DNA of 64,000 nucleotides, taken from Nitrospirales bacterium (lineage in GTDB: Bacteria; Nitrospirota; Nitrospiria; Nitrospirales; UBA8639). The notes under the pieces are model-generated. The model worked only from the letters and a program-made list of their open reading frames with translations. It was not told the origin of the DNA and searched no databases. Below, piece by piece: positions 36,107-64,000 of the stretch. The stretch spans positions 256,001-320,000 of the forward strand of contig CBDBCZ010000009.1 of the NCBI GenBank assembly GCA_965203295.1, in the 5' to 3' direction. The number at the start of each line of letters is the position of its first letter. The first letter of the stretch is position 1. Position numbers and translations under genes: made by a program.

Positions 36107-38824
36107 GTACTCTTGATTTAATTAAACTAATCCTAATGCTTGGCCTGCCACAGAATTAGCAGACTTGGTCAAAGAACTAAATCTAATATCCGGTCTACCA
36201 CATGATTTGTAGCAAGCTTGCAAGACCAAACACATTGGTTGAGCAAGCTTGTGCACAGTCTGCCAGGATGCATGTGACAGGGCTCTGGGGACGTGTAGAA
36301 AAATCAAATTAGTGCATGTGACTGCCATTGTTAAAGCAGCAAACAAGCTTGTTTCAGTGTATAATATGGGTAACGTGTGACAACATTTACTCATACAAAG
36401 ACCAATTCTTGGATGGCACTTCTCTGACTTAAATTGCATCAGCTGGTTCGAAGCCTTGGTATGTATGTATATTGTTATCACAGCCTGTTTCGTGAAATTA
36501 GGCCACAACATACGGAATGATTTTATCCTGTATGTAGTAGTCAAACTCTCCTTGAAGGTGTGCCATCCCTGCCTGTTGGAGGACCTGTCATGTTAAGCTC
36601 TGGCTACTTACATCACATGAGCACTGAGAGCTGCGTTCACAAGGAAGTAGTTTTTTAAAACATACCTGAACAGAGATCTTGAGGCTAGGAGTTAGTGTCA
36701 TGCCGTGAAAACATACGTAGCTATGCTAGGCAGAGATTTATTGCACGGGGACACAAGTTTGGGGGGATGTGTCTACGTATTTAAGCCTTCCCATTGGTGT
36801 GGTCCTTGCTAAATTTCATGCACCTGGGTGTCGGGTATCAAACAAATTGCTGTCAATCCAATATAGTACGGGTCTGTAACCAGTTTGTGTTGACCCTCAG
36901 AATGCACATGGCGTAGCCACACACACACGCAGGTCAGCCTCATCAGCATTAGTCCATTGTGTGAGTTTGTGGGACATTTAAGTCTGTATGCAGTTGTTGC
37001 GAAGACTGATTGGCTAAAGTTGAGTAACTCTTCAGCAGTGGCTTGTTTGTTTATGGCTATCAGTGAAGTATTTAGTAGCCTCTGGATGTTTGCTTCAGCT
37101 TTTTTGTCTTTTTTTAGTTGTTGGATGGTGATGGAACATTCGAAACTACCTCTTTCAGGAAGGAGTTTTCTTATTAAATTATTTAGGCAGGTAGATTACA
37201 GCTAGTTTGGCACCCGTAAGTGACCTTCATCTCAAGACCTCCATTTATCAAAGTCTGAAAATGCTGGGGCCATTTTTTCATTTCACTTTGTCTGAAGTAT
37301 CCTGTGGGGTATCACATACTTTGCCCACTAAGACTTGCTGAAATCTATGAAGTTTTCAAATAATCTGGCTGAGAAATTTTCGTGTACACTGATTCTACTG
37401 GTTAACATCTGTGCTGCTTTTGTTAAGTGTAGTTGACCTAGTGTGCCAAAAAGTCTTTAATCACTGCCACGTCCACTCTACTGTCTTTTGTTCTATGCCA
37501 GTTTTGCCAGCCCAGCAGTCCCAGCCCTCCTCTACCTCAACATTGCTGTGAAGTTGATGTTGAGAGTACCATTGATATGGCAAGCGTTGTGAATAGATGG
37601 CAATCCAGTAACCTGTGTATCTTTGCTCAGAATGGATCAGGCGAAGGCATTTAAGTTTACGATAGCATAAAGCTTCACTGATTCGTACAGTTGCTGCTTG
37701 ATGATGTATGTAGTACTGTAGGAAATGAGAAGCGAATGAACCAATTGTCATATGATGGGCTGAGGAGACTCTCATGAGGTTGATTTCTTTGTTCTTTTTG
37801 TACTACGTACTTTGCAGTACGTACTTTCAGCACTAGGCCTGAGCTAATTATTAGCGAATAAAATTTTGAATAATAGGGAAGATTTTTCAAACGTTGAATA
37901 ATCGGTAAGGCATTGCCAAGCAGAAGTTATATAATACAATACAACACAATACAATACAGTACCTACTACAGGCAAAAGTGTACCAGTGGCGGTTTGCGCA
38001 CACACACTTATAACATCTAGACGTGACTCAGTGCCGATGGAGGAGGAGGCTGTATGCCAGGATCAGGCTGTAGTGTCACCCCTGTTTTAATCCTAGAGGC
38101 GCTAAAGCCCCCAAACTGATTCTTCCATCTTGTGTGTAAACGTAAGGCAGATGTTTGTGTAAGGTTTTGCATCGAACAACACCAACAAAAACTTCCTTCA
38201 AGTTGAATAACAGGTCATAATCATTTGAATAATCGGGTATTCTAGACTGTGATTTATACGTACAGCGACGACTGAAAGCATGAGTTGTATAGATTAAATA
38301 GTGACCAACACGCAAGGCAGAAACCAATTTGTACCGTGGGGGTGTATGTTGTAAACACCAAATAATTATAATATACATCCAATGAGTAATAACTTAATGC
38401 ACATACGTACATGCAGCCGTACAATACGTACGTACCTACAGATGTTGAAGTATGTACTACACAGTGACAGGGAGGTAGCTACGTATGTCATCACTTTTGT
38501 GTGCTATTTTTTACTAAAACATTTTTGTACGTATCTTTATGGTGGCACCAGTGAGGCGGGAAGGACCCAAAAATGGACCTTCACATCTGTGTTCATATCT
38601 CAAGCAGAAAGGCGTATCTATATATGATCCGCATATTGTATGCAAGTTCTGGTTACGATGGTACCCAGCATTAGCATGAACCCAGCCTTTTTTTCACAGA
38701 AGACCTGGTTCATTTTTGCCCATTTTTGTCACGTGTTGTGACATAGCCTCTAGACTATGTAGTACTACATGTGTGCATTATTACACTGTGATAGCCAACT
38801 TTCTTTATGTTTTTTTTTTTTCAG

Positions 38825-63819
<24,995 letters not shown>

Positions 63820-64000
63820 GTATACATATATGAAAAAACACGCTGCCTACTGTTAATATTCAAGTATGTAAGGTCGCCTTCGCCTAATAGCAATTGCTGA
63901 TTGCTGAGTGTCTTAGTATGAAGTATGGGCTGGAACTCGGACACCATTTGTATATGTTCATGTATGTGTGTGTGTGTGTCGATCGCACAACAGCATGTGA

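Noticed and set aside
36120..37900. Fragmentary minus-strand coding-like sequence
   Set aside because: Looks like decayed coding DNA, but I could not assign a family.

Overview
Eukaryotic (metazoan, intron-rich) DNA dominated by transposable elements. A non-bilaterian invertebrate such as a demosponge is my guess from intron sizes and repeat families, but the sequence cannot prove this. The one clear host gene is POLR1B/RPA2 (RNA polymerase I second-largest subunit): 16 GT-AG exons on + from 38825 to 63819 splice into one open frame, and the gene runs off the window. Its introns hold an intact Ngaro/DIRS-type tyrosine-recombinase retrotransposon (40.3-44.3 kb). An 11.4-kb intron holds the most striking feature, a 9-exon RAG1-like transposase gene (51483-54779). 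It has the RAG1 N-terminal zinc (CND), C3HC4 RING and ZFA-like domains plus a RAG1/Transib-type catalytic core. Its 3' end is cut off by a Gypsy LTR element that is itself fused to a piggyBac relic. The left 38 kb contains an intact hAT transposase with its right TIR, a decayed AcademH element (DUF6589-type transposase plus RecQ helicase) carrying a captured NLR-type LRR exon, and a Penelope tail with a hammerhead ribozyme. It also has a 15-kb nested duplication array, Academ and Gmr1-Gypsy relics, MITEs and Helitron/Helentron-like elements. All family assignments come from motif recognition by eye; no database search was run.
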